64,000 nt of DNA from Kudoa neothunni (Eukaryota; Animalia; Cnidaria), in the NCBI GenBank assembly GCA_964304625.1, contig OZ199839.1:3400724-3464723 (forward strand), written 5' to 3'. Under the pieces are notes generated by a model. The model made no database searches, had not been told where the DNA came from, and saw nothing but the letters and a program-made list of their open reading frames with translations. The position numbers and the translations under genes are program-made. Below are positions 1 to 10,463 of this stretch, in pieces. Within the stretch, counting starts at the first letter, position 1, and every line of letters starts with the position of its first letter.

Positions 1-324
1 CACCCACCTGATAATATTTTCCTTCTGATCAGGAGAGAGGAGTGAAGGTCTTTTTCCGCCTCTAGATTTTGCATCTAGTGTTCCGGTTTTGCGAAACTTT
101 GACAATATGGACCACACGGTGGATCTTGGTAGATGCATTTCGGAAGCAATGTAAGTATCACTTCTTCCACTTAAACGGAAATTAAACATTTGTTCTCTTA
201 AGTCGGAAGAAATAGTTTTTCGCAGCTTTCTTTTTTCTTTGTGTGTTGGTATATTAGAAATTTCGATATCATCGGATATGGAGCTCTCAGATTCAACGAT
301 ATGATCTCTGTTATTAGGGTTCAT
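1..324 (-). mobile_element. Tc1/IS630-like transposase N-terminus (HTH), running off the window edge
   Basis: Open frame from ATG 324 to the edge: ...RKTISSDLREQMFNFRLSGRSDTYIASEMHLPRSTVWSILSKFRKTGTLDAKSRGGKRPSLLSPDQKENIIRWV. HTH plus RGG motif typical of IS630/Tc1 transposases; not listed in the ORF track because it is truncated. Confidence 0.7.
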
Positions 325-556
325 CTAGTGAATTCAATCTCTTAATAATGTAAAAATAATTTAACAAAAAAAAACTTTTTTCAACTAAAGCGAGATATTA
401 AAAAATTTGAATACTACTGTTGAGGTGCTGAGATTAATTGCAAAAGTGCTGAGTATAAATGAGAAACCCTATAAATAAAAAAAGCCAAAAAAGTAGTCGC
501 GCCCCACCAAATTTTCACCTACATGCGCACGCGTTAAACATGAATATTAAATAATG

Positions 557-609
557 CAGGGTTATTACGCACTTGAGTCTTTGTCCCAACAAAATGCGTA
601 GTATCCCTG
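557..609. repeat. 53-bp inverted-repeat element (possible collapsed TIR transposon)
   Basis: CAGGGTTATTACGCA ... TGCGTAGTATCCCTG (13/15 inverted match), followed by TA. Confidence 0.45.
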
Positions 610-1081
610 TACAACTGTAATAAGATTATGAGCTGATTCGTAGTAACATCACATTATATTACATTATAAAATCAAACGCAAAATAAATTATAAATAAATA
701 TTGAAGAGAAATCACCACCATACTGAGTAAAACGACGTGTACGATGGAAAAATTTAGGTTCACACACATGAAAAGCTTAACTAAGTTAGTATCTATAAAT
801 CAATTATTTTACATATAAATAAATTTTTTTTAATATAAAAATAAAATAATTTGATTACCGGGATATTTAGCTCTTTGTCTATACTTAAATTAATATTTCT
901 CTTCCATTTTCATATTTACAGTAATTTTTGTTGACAAAATAATCATTCTTAAAATATTATGAGAAAATATTGGTTTTTGTATCTCTAATTGATTTATAGT
1001 ATTCATATTAAGCGCGAAACCACATGAAATTTCAAAATTGGCGTCACCACTATTGTCTATCGAAAAGAAATCTTTAATTAG

Positions 1082-1087
<6 letters not shown>

Positions 1088-1120
<33 letters not shown>
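1088..1120. repeat. (TA)n microsatellite
   Basis: Read directly from the sequence. Confidence 0.9.
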
Positions 1121-1123
<3 letters not shown>

Positions 1124-2042
1124 TCCGATATCATATTATATATCAATAATAGAAAAATTATTACATTAATCTTACAAAAAATAAAAACAATTATAGAAAT
1201 TACACGCTAAGAGATTGTCCAACCTAGTGCGGCGAATATATGTCAACCAAAATGGAGTTATTTGTAATTTAATCACAAAATGTCATATTTACATCGTGAA
1301 AGATGATTATATAATTTGTTTTCTCACTAAATTAAAAAAACACATAAATTTATTTAAAACAATTTAACAAATTTTAAACGTTATGTCGAACCAACGGATT
1401 ATTTGATTTAAACAGTAAAATTTACGTAATAAATGCAAAATAATTATACCAAATTTGATATTAAACTATCTTATACGAATTTCTTAAAATGTTCAAGGAA
1501 TGACTAAGCGATCAACGCTTTATATTTGGACTTCAAAGAGAAATGGGTCATTTGGTATGTCGCATATACACCGTTCAGTACAAAAAGGGTTAATATTTTA
1601 AAACAAAGTTATTATTCAAAACAACATGTACTTGAGCCATAATGAGAAGTTAATAAAAACATATTTTCTTCTATTTTAAAAATTCACTAATATTTGTTCT
1701 CCTACCTTCTTTCTACGATGTACAGTCAATTAAACATCCACAATACATTAATGCAGGGGTTGTCAACCAGATGTAAATTTTAGATAACAGGGAGTAAATT
1801 AGGTAACTCCAAAATTGGATAGGGGAAATTAAAATCAATTAAGATGTTGGCAGAAATGTTTTAATTGTTCTTAGGAATAAATATTTAAAAACTATTTATA
1901 AAATTATTACCATCTCTCTCTCTTGTAAGTCGCGTTCTTTTGGAGATGTAGTCTAATAATAATTATATTAAAGCATTAAAAATTCGACATGGTAAATAAA
2001 TAACCTTAAATATCATCTTTGATATTAAAATCTCTCTATCGT

Positions 2043-2120
2043 TGTAGCGCGAGAGAAACACCAGTCTCAATTCTACAATAATCCGCCGTGCGTCCCCATC
2101 GCTGACGTGGCTTCGCCACA
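2043..2120 (-). repeat. 3' LTR (78 bp)
   Basis: Identical base for base to 5946-6023; preceded on the - strand by the PPT. Confidence 0.97.
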
Positions 2121-2124
2121 TATG

Positions 2125-2139
2125 CCCCCCTTTTATTTT
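2125..2139 (-). promoter_or_regulatory. Polypurine tract (plus-strand primer)
   Basis: AAAATAAAAGGGGGG on the - strand, ending 4 nt before the 3' LTR. Confidence 0.85.
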
Positions 2140-2140
2140 G

Positions 2141-4576
2141 TTATATATAATAATCATTTAGCCACTTGGGTGCTTTAGAAATGCGGCAGCTGCGCTTCTT
2201 AACTCTTGCGTCTGGGTCCATATACGGAAGGGTATTGTTCTGATGTGTTTTCCTTACATTTCCATTATCATCATAGGTCATAGTGGTACCATTTTTGGAC
2301 AGTACTTTGAAGGGGCCTAAGAAACGTTTTGACAAGGCGCTTTTATCTGACTGACTTTTAGTTAAAATTAGATTTGGCGTTTTCTCTTTTGCGATTGTTT
2401 TCCTATCATAACCACTTTTTTGTTTGCGTTGCGCTTTTCGAATATTGGAATGCGTCATTCTCATCATTTTCCTCATTGAATTTTGTAGTTCTATGGCATA
2501 GGTTTCATACTTTTGGCTGTATTTATTCTCTAGAGGTTGGAGAAAGCTATCCGTGATTGAGCTTAGGTTTCTCCCGTACGTGAGCATGGCTGGAGTGTAA
2601 GCAGTACTGGCGCTAACGGTATTACGAAGTGTAAACAAGCATAATGGAAGAGCATCGTCCCATTGAAGAGATTTGGAATTGCACATTATTCTTATTTTTT
2701 CTTTGAGGCTTTTCACGTATCTCTCAGCCAATCCATTCCCTTCTGGGTGATATGGGGTGGAACTAGTATGAGAAATACCTAATCTTCTGCAGGTCGCGTT
2801 AAACAACTCAGATTCGAATTGGGTGCCACAATCCGTATGAATTGACTTGGGTATACCGTGGCGTGTCACAACCAAATTCAACAACTCTTTTGTAGTGGAG
2901 AGGGCGGACATATTGGGTAAGGCAGCAGCTTCCAGCCATTTTGTGAATCTATCAACAAAAATAAGTATGTATTTATTACCTGAGCTAGATTCAGGGAAGG
3001 GTCCAATGAAATCTGCATGCCAATCGGTAGCAGGACCGTTGCATCTTATCGGCGTCAGTGGTTGCTTTTTCTCATTCATCCCATATTTGTTTTGCTTACA
3101 GATTAAGCAGTTACCAACAAACGCCTTAACATCATCGGTGAGTGTTAACCAAAAAAAATTCCGTCTGATCCTTTCTTCTGTGTTCCGCTGACCACCATGG
3201 ATAGTGTCTTCCTCATGAATTTTCCTAATGATCGGAATTTGAAGTTCCTTTGGCAATACCAGTAGCTTTCCACGTCGAGAATTGTGATATAACACGTCAT
3301 TTTCCACCTCTAATTTCGCAATACGGTGATACAATTTATTGGGTTTATTCACTTTTTGATTGGCGTTGCCGTCTTTCCTGAGGAAAGATTTGATTTCCAG
3401 CACATCCGAATCCCGATTCTGAGCTTCCACAAAGTGTTCGTTTGAAGTTAATAATGAAACGGAGTTGACGCTCCTGGAAATGGCATCCGCAATCACATTA
3501 TCGTCTCCTGGTAAGTATTTTATGTCGTAATCGAATTCTTCTAATTCTAGAAGCCAGCGGCTTCGTCTTCCACGAGTGTCTTTAATTTTCAAGATGTTTG
3601 CTAAGGGGTTGTGATCCGTCCAAAATGTAAACTTTTTACCAAGAAGGTAATGTCTGAACTTTCGAACTGCTACCAACATCGCCATGAGTTCTTTGTCAGT
3701 AGTGCAGTAGTTCCTCTGTGCATTATTAAATTTTTTACTTGTGTAGGCTATGACATTTTTCTTATTTCCATGATTTTGATATAATACAGCACCAATTCCA
3801 GCATTAGACGCGTCACATTCCACAACAAATGGTAGTTTGGGATTTGGGAACGATAGTGTTTGTGTATTTCTTATCTCTTGTTTTAATTTAGTAAAGCTAT
3901 GCTGGGCGTCTGCAGTCCATTGAAACCTATCATTTTGGTTCGATAGCTTGAAGAATGGTGAGGCGATGGCTGCCATATCTTTGGTAAATTTATGTAGGAA
4001 GTTGCATGTGCCTAGAAACATTCTTAATTCCTTTGCTGAAGTGGGAGATTTCCAATCCATTATCGTTTTGACTTTTTCGGGATCTGGTGAAATACCATCG
4101 GGTGACACAATAAATCCAAGGAATTTAATTTCCTTGCTACCAAACACACATTTTTCTTTGTTCATTTTCAAGTTGTTTTCACGTAGTATGGTGAATACCT
4201 GTTTGAGGTGATTTAGGTGTTCTTCGCGTGACGTGGAATATATGATTATATCGTCGAGATATACTAATACAAAAGGTAATTCTCCTAAGAGAGCATCCAT
4301 CATCCTTTGGAAGGTTGCGGGTGCGTTCACCAAACCAAACGGCATTTTGTTGTATTCATATAGCCCAAAGCCAGGACCCAACGTGAACGCAGTTTTCTTC
4401 TTGTCTTCTCCTGCCAATGGGATTTGCCAGTAACCTGATTGTAAATCAATCGATGAAAAGTATTTTGCGCCATTCAGGTTGTCTAGGCATTCCTCAATTA
4501 GCGGCAGAGGACATTCGTCCTTTATTGTCAGTTCGTTTACCCCGACGTAGATCAATACAAAACCTATACGAACCAT
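2141..4576 (-). CDS. pol: Gypsy pol: reverse transcriptase, RNase H, integrase (start of RT lies in the upstream frame)
   Basis: MPFGLVNAPATFQR and YLDD (RT); CDAS...TDH (RNase H); H..H..C..C zinc finger; D(ADF)-D(TDCG)-E(LAER) triad; GPF motif. Confidence 0.95.
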   Translation of the reverse strand: MVRIGFVLIYVGVNELTIKDECPLPLIEECLDNLNGAKYFSSIDLQSGYWQIPLAGEDKKKTAFTLGPGFGLYEYNKMPFGLVNAPATFQRMMDALLGELPFVLVYLDDIIIYSTSREEHLNHLKQVFTILRENNLKMNKEKCVFGSKEIKFLGFIVSPDGISPDPEKVKTIMDWKSPTSAKELRMFLGTCNFLHKFTKDMAAIASPFFKLSNQNDRFQWTADAQHSFTKLKQEIRNTQTLSFPNPKLPFVVECDASNAGIGAVLYQNHGNKKNVIAYTSKKFNNAQRNYCTTDKELMAMLVAVRKFRHYLLGKKFTFWTDHNPLANILKIKDTRGRRSRWLLELEEFDYDIKYLPGDDNVIADAISRSVNSVSLLTSNEHFVEAQNRDSDVLEIKSFLRKDGNANQKVNKPNKLYHRIAKLEVENDVLYHNSRRGKLLVLPKELQIPIIRKIHEEDTIHGGQRNTEERIRRNFFWLTLTDDVKAFVGNCLICKQNKYGMNEKKQPLTPIRCNGPATDWHADFIGPFPESSSGNKYILIFVDRFTKWLEAAALPNMSALSTTKELLNLVVTRHGIPKSIHTDCGTQFESELFNATCRRLGISHTSSTPYHPEGNGLAERYVKSLKEKIRIMCNSKSLQWDDALPLCLFTLRNTVSASTAYTPAMLTYGRNLSSITDSFLQPLENKYSQKYETYAIELQNSMRKMMRMTHSNIRKAQRKQKSGYDRKTIAKEKTPNLILTKSQSDKSALSKRFLGPFKVLSKNGTTMTYDDNGNVRKTHQNNTLPYMDPDARVKKRSCRISKAPKWLNDYYI

Positions 4577-5945
4577 TTTTCTTTTTTGTGAATACCACTG
4601 GAGACCTCCAAGGGCTCATCGACGGTCTTATCACACCTGCTTGTAATTGCTCGTTCAATAATTTCCGCACTTCCGTTTGTAAGTGTAACGGAACTCTGTA
4701 TGCTCTTGACACGACAGGTGTAGAGTCTTTCAATTGGATCTTATGCACAAACCCTTTCGCTTCGCCCAGTTCAAGGTTAGAGTTTGCGAAAGTGTCGCAA
4801 AATTCGTCCAATAGTTGATCGATGGAAACAATTTTATCCACAGTTTCAATTATGTTAACGTGTCCACTCATTGGCGACAACTTAAAGTGTTTGGACAATG
4901 TTTCGCGACCAATGATTGCATTATGGGCGAGGCTTTTTGTCACATTAGCCCAAACTTTTACTTCGCGGCCACCCATGTTGATGTACATTTCAGTTATTCC
5001 GGTAGTTTCGAGATTGGAGCCATTGGCAGTAGTGAACTTCTTTTGCCCAAATACCACATTTTCATGCCTTACCAGATTTTGATTTACAAAGTTACAGCAA
5101 GCGCCCGTGTCGATCAATGCCTCAAATGTGATGAAATTACCAGGAATGCGCGCTTTTGTAAAAAAACAAGAATAATGATCTCGACTCTCACTCCCAACAC
5201 TATGAATTTTTTTAAATTTGTAACAGATTCTCTGAAGGTGTCCTCGCTGACCACATTTATTGCAGATAGCGGTTCCTCTACATGTCGTCGCAGTGTGTTT
5301 TGTGCCTCCACATTTGGTGCAACCGTATTTTGTGTAGTTAGATAGGCTTTTTGTATTGTTCACAGTTGTTCTTGCTGAGATAGATGCTAACTCATCAGCA
5401 TGGCGGTCTGTAATATCTAGTGGTTGGGTATTGTTCAAGAATGATTGGGTTTCTTCAATTAGTTGGAAAATATCAGCGCTATCCACCAGTTTAAGATATG
5501 CTCGGGTCTGTTTAGGAACGCATTCATATATTTTCGGTTTTATGAAAAATTCGGCATCATCAACCGTGGCATTTGGTCTTGCGGCTCTGAACAAGTGGAG
5601 GATTCGTTGATAGAAATCTAGCACACTTTCATTTAGTTTAATGGAAGCACGGCTGAATTCATCAAAGTAGGCTTCTTTCGATTTTAATCTGCTAGCGTAG
5701 GATTTGACGTTATTGTTCAATATCAACAGCATTTGGCTGTAGTCCGTAATGGTAATGTCGACTCCAGTAGGTGGTTTTAGTGTTTCTCTTGAGTGACGTG
5801 GCAACGCGAGTAATGTTGCGGCATAAAGTTGTCTCTCATTCCAACCTTTGGAAATTGCATGGAGTTGTAATTCCTCCAATTGTTGGTCAATGTTCCCATC
5901 AAAGTTTATTTTTAGAGGTACTTCGTTGTTTACCTCTGACACCAT
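4494..5945 (-). CDS. gag: Gypsy gag (two CCHC knuckles) + aspartic protease + RT N-terminus
   Basis: CTKCGGTKHTATTC and CNKCGQRGHLQRIC; LIDTGA and AIIGRE (protease); SPWRSPVV...YRFCIDLR (RT start), then a frameshift at about 4544. Confidence 0.93.
   Translation of the reverse strand: MVSEVNNEVPLKINFDGNIDQQLEELQLHAISKGWNERQLYAATLLALPRHSRETLKPPTGVDITITDYSQMLLILNNNVKSYASRLKSKEAYFDEFSRASIKLNESVLDFYQRILHLFRAARPNATVDDAEFFIKPKIYECVPKQTRAYLKLVDSADIFQLIEETQSFLNNTQPLDITDRHADELASISARTTVNNTKSLSNYTKYGCTKCGGTKHTATTCRGTAICNKCGQRGHLQRICYKFKKIHSVGSESRDHYSCFFTKARIPGNFITFEALIDTGACCNFVNQNLVRHENVVFGQKKFTTANGSNLETTGITEMYINMGGREVKVWANVTKSLAHNAIIGRETLSKHFKLSPMSGHVNIIETVDKIVSIDQLLDEFCDTFANSNLELGEAKGFVHKIQLKDSTPVVSRAYRVPLHLQTEVRKLLNEQLQAGVIRPSMSPWRSPVVFTKKKNGSYRFCIDLRRGKRTDNKGRMSSAAN
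5932..5944 (-). promoter_or_regulatory. Primer-binding site (tRNA-Leu-like), overlapping the gag start codon
   Basis: TGGTGTCAGAGGT begins 1 nt after the 5' LTR; complementary to the CCA end and acceptor stem of metazoan tRNA-Leu(CAA/CAG)-type tRNAs. Confidence 0.8.
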
Positions 5946-6023
5946 TGTAGCGCGAGAGAAACACCAGTCTCAATTCTACAATAATCCGCCGTGCGTCCCC
6001 ATCGCTGACGTGGCTTCGCCACA
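5946..6023 (-). repeat. 5' LTR (78 bp)
   Basis: Identical to 2043-2120; followed immediately by ATG/PBS. Confidence 0.97.
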
Positions 6024-6564
6024 ATCGTTTTAGACCCTTCTAACGTTTACCAGGAGAATCCTAAACAGAGATGGGCATAACATGCCCCTCTAGCCGGATC
6101 TTGCCCTATGATGCTTCACTTAGTCAAAGAGGAACAATAGTAAATTTACTATAGAATTTATCTATTTGTGGTAGATTTTGTTTCAACTTCTTCTATGAGA
6201 TGTTTTAAAGACAAGACTAATTTTAATTCATCCGTAAATATAAAGCTGCTATATGTTTATATACTCAAGTTTAAAACTGTTTACGTTAGACCTACAATTA
6301 GAAACACGAATATTTGTTAAATTTGGTGAACGAAACTTTGTAAATTTGAAGGGATGAAACATATGAATTAAGAGAATTATACGGTGTCACACAAGCTATG
6401 AAAACTAAAAAATAAAAAAATTCGTATAAGAAAGCTTATTTATATTGTTTGGAATGGCGCTTATTATAAGCAGATCAGCCCTACTTTAATCGTTGAAATT
6501 ACTCCACTACAAACTACCTAATTCAATAATATATACAAAAGGCTCTTAAAAATGAGTCATTTAA

Positions 6565-7536
6565 TCCTCTAACGAATTTGGGATCTTTTGGCCCCCAGAG
6601 TAGTTTTAAATTATGTTACTTATTCTTTGGAAACACTTGAAATTCATGTTATTTCCATGAAATTACGATATTTACAATTTATTAAACGTTGGAAAAAAAT
6701 AAGCAAAATTTCGCATTGAAATAAAAAATTACATTCCAACAAACTTGGGGTCTTTTGGACCCCAGATTTTTATTTTACGATAGTTAATAAAAAAATATTT
6801 AAAAATGCCTTAAAAATTTTAAGCAAAAGATGATGATTCATTGGACCAGTTAATCGTCCCGAAGTCAATTCGGCAAGCTAATATAGCACTTCGTACATGC
6901 TCGCTGAACGATAAAATCAAGCGTGTTAGATGTTGCAGGCTTAGAATGCAAATTCTTAGGCTTTTAATCAGTTTTGGGTGTTTAAAATTAAACGTTATAA
7001 TTTTTTATTATGTTTCTACCAACCATTACTTGTTAATAATAAATGGATCAGAATGTAACTAAAACACCTGATTCATATTGTTCCTAAGAAATCGAAATAA
7101 TCGAATCAAACTTTAAGAAAGTATTCTGCGGATGTTTACCCGCCAAAATGACAAATAATAAACACACGATGCATTAGGCATGAGGATATATTGGTCAATT
7201 TCATTATTCGAGTAAGTATAATCAGTGTTCAAAATAAGAATCTACTGGCTTCGATATTTAAATTTTTTTGTTTCATTTCTCTCTCTATAATGTGAAAGAT
7301 TGTTGATTTACGTAAACGAAAATTTGCGAAACGTTATATAAGCCTACCGAATAGGATTTTGTAGGATTAACTGGTTCAATGAATCACATTTTTCTCAAAA
7401 TTCTGTCGGTAGAAATTTCTTAAAGTTCGTATGGCATTTTGAAATATTTTTTTATTAACTATTATGAGATAAAAACCGGGGGTCCAAAAGACCCCAAGTT
7501 CGTTGGAGTGTAATCGTTTTTGTGTACCTTAGAGGA
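6565..7536. mobile_element. Non-autonomous piggyBac-like element (MITE)
   Basis: TTAA|TCCTCTAA ... TTAGAGGA|TTAA; subterminal motif AACGAATTTGGGATCTTTTGGCCCCC at about 6571, a copy at about 6738 and an inverted copy at about 7478-7504. Confidence 0.7.
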
Positions 7537-8787
7537 TTAATTTATTAATTTGTTTGTGAAAAATCATGTTCGGAATATTTTTCACCCCCTTCTACTATAC
7601 TCATAAAAATAATTGGTAAATCGACTAAACATGTGATCCATTCACGGCATTTAATTTTAACAACGATGGGTTCTGGAACCTGAAAAATTGATAGCAGGTG
7701 CCTTGATTTTAGTAAAGATTTGGTTGAACTGTATTTGTTTGTATATACTGGCCCAACGCAGTTAGTCTTATTTGCCATCATATCTGTGCAGCACTCACAA
7801 AATCAAGTTTATAATTAATTTTCGTTAAAATGCAATTCAGTTTATTTTAATCTTAAATTCTTATAAAATAATTGTTTTTCAGACCTGTGATCAATTTGAT
7901 TTTCATAAAACTCTTCGCGCGCAGAAATATAATATCCCGCCCTTGAACAAGAAGAAAATATAATATTAGATTTGTTGCAGAGATTTCAAATGAATATGAC
8001 ATTAACAACATAGTTAACCAGAATCAAATTTCGCGAGAACGAGATTTAAATTAGAGGAAAAGATGCCCCATATATCAAAATTACATGAAAATTGCATCCA
8101 GAATAATAATTAGATAATTATATTTTAAAAATTTTAATATGATTGTCTTATCAAATGAATTAATTTATTCGTAAAACTACTATTTTTTTCCTGGGATCAA
8201 AATGACCCCAAACTCATTTAAAATTTAAAGGTGAAAGTTGGCGACTCAGTAAAAGTGTTAAATAAGTGTACAAACGTAAAGCAGATATGAATTCAACTTC
8301 CAAGTTTAAGAGGGGTAAATTTAAAAAAACGATTGAGAATCTTTGTTATTGGTATTATGGAATGGGAGGGGACAAGGACTGATATCACACATTATTCCGT
8401 ACAGTGAGTGCTCCAGCTCCAGATCCTAATAAGTCACGCCTTACGTTTCACATGACAAAAGAATTAATTATGTTTAGTGTGTGTTCAACTGACTCAATCA
8501 AACTATTTATACTACTACTAGGAGGCAGTATTAGAAAGTAATGCGGTGGTAGGAAGCAACATAAAATCACATAAATTAATCTAACACATGCGTTACCAAG
8601 TGAAAATGGTTAAAATAACTATTTTGAACATAAATATTAACAGCGGATGGGATGCCATACGAGCCTCAAATCCCTATTGTGAGAATTGGCTGAGATGAGG
8701 AAGTTTGGTGGCGGATCGTTATTGATTGTTATATAAGAAACAATGAGTACAGATGTAAGAAAGAGTAAAAATTTGACGATTGACTGC

Positions 8788-10340
8788 CTAATTTTTTTGG
8801 GAACAATTCATTTTGAAGTAAGGCATTTGAAGTGCTTCGTCGGCAGTTATTCGTGTTTTGGGGTTGGGGTCAAGACAACGTTCCAACAATCTATAGGCCA
8901 GTGGAGAGATGCAGAGGTCGCACGATCCGGAGCAGTTGTGTTTTCGCAGATCAACACACAAGCGTTCCAAGTTATTAGGGGCGAAATCTGGGTTTGAAGT
9001 GAATCTAGTGTCCAATGCTTTGGCCGCACTTCTCAAGGCTACACTCCCTAGCAATGTAGTAATCTGCACCAGATGGCCCATATCGGTGGACGATTTGAAA
9101 AATGGATAGCAACCCGACAATATACTTAGAAATATCACACCGGCGCTCCATATATCGACGGACGTATTTTGAAATTGGTATTTGAAGAGAATCTCAGGGG
9201 CTCGATAGCCAGCTGTGCCTGCTCGCATAGCAACTTTTTTGGGTTTGGTCGAACAATTGTTGCATATTTTGAGGGTGGAATGAAGACAAATCTTGGCGAG
9301 ATTATCAATATTGGAGAGATTGCCTGCTTGAGAAGCTAAACAATACATAATTTCTCAATTGGATCACAACTAGAATGAGTGCAGTGCGTACATGGAACAG
9401 CACCAGCTATATTTTTCACTTGTTCGTATCTATGATTTGGTACCAATATCTGATTATCGGAATCACACGAAGCAGATACCAAACCAAAATCAATCAGTAC
9501 ATGTCTACATCACAACAATTCAATATACACACCCCCAAAAAGTATTTACTGTTTAGTGGAGTGACAATAGATAAAATTTGATGGTTTAACATCACGATGA
9601 ACAATGCCAAATTTATGTACATGTCTTAATGCTACAAATAAGCTCATCATATATCGACGGATATCGTTGGAGGTCATTGAGTGGAAATATGTCTAGATGG
9701 CCATCGATAATCGACAGATTCAACATTAAATCAACTATAAGAGATTAATACCTGGAATTTATTATGCTCATAGTAGGGCATAACAATAAAGATATTGTCG
9801 TGAAACCGTAAAGTAGTGATAATTGCAGAAATATTACATCGACCACTAGAACAAATAATCACCTACAACAACACACACGTAGAAAATCACCCCAACACTT
9901 GAAGACAACGTATCTCATTGATGCTTCTGCTTGGTTTACAAGTTGGTATTATGTGCTTGATAGCAACATAACGATTGCTACATTTCCATGTGGCTTTATA
10001 TACAGTACCAAATGAACCTACAAAGTGATGTGAGAATTAACCTAGTGGAACATTTGAGTTGAATGTGTCTATCCTATTCTAAAGGGATTGGGTGTGTAGT
10101 ACGATAATCAATCCACACAACAGCACAATTTCTCACCCAACAACAATAGACTGTGGTCGCTGGAGAAAACCCCAATTGAAAATGTACACACATCCACATA
10201 CACATTAACAACACAACAAGATAACAATAAATACCACTAGCAGTACGACCACAAATATCAAAGACCAATCTTATCTGAGGAGCATACTTAGCCATCTGAA
10301 GGTTGAGATTATCGGGATCATTCTCCAAATAGTTATCCAT
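8788..10340 (-). CDS. CDC7: Cell division cycle 7-related kinase (6 exons, about 380 aa)
   Basis: Exons give GSFGTVY, VAIKHIIPTCKPSRSINEIRCLQVLG, IVMPYYEH, HRDVKPSNF, VLIDFGL, CLH..ICNNC, RAGTAGYRAPEILFK, DIWSAGVIFLSILSGCYPFF and RITADEAL, all CDC7 signatures; GT-AG introns between them. Confidence 0.92.
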
Positions 10341-10463
10341 TTTGAGTCGGTTTAAATTGACAGGTTGGTGAGCGTTGGAGCAACAGAGACGTACTGGTCT
10401 TTGCACTACAGCACTTAATCCTATTGTGTTGGCTGACGAAGATTTTCGTTGGGTATTTCGTGT

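Larger units (their letters stand above)
2043..6023 (-). mobile_element. Full-length Ty3/Gypsy LTR retrotransposon (Mag-like features), 3,981 bp
   Basis: Identical 78-bp LTRs (2043-2120, 5946-6023) with TG...CA ends; 5-bp TSD ATCGT (2038-2042 and 6024-6028); domain order gag-PR-RT-RH-IN; PBS and PPT next to the LTRs. Confidence 0.97.

Noticed and set aside
2374-5610. Several + strand ORFs (60-176 aa) inside the retrotransposon
   Set aside because: Antisense shadows of the long gag/pol frames; no motifs, and most start at non-ATG codons.
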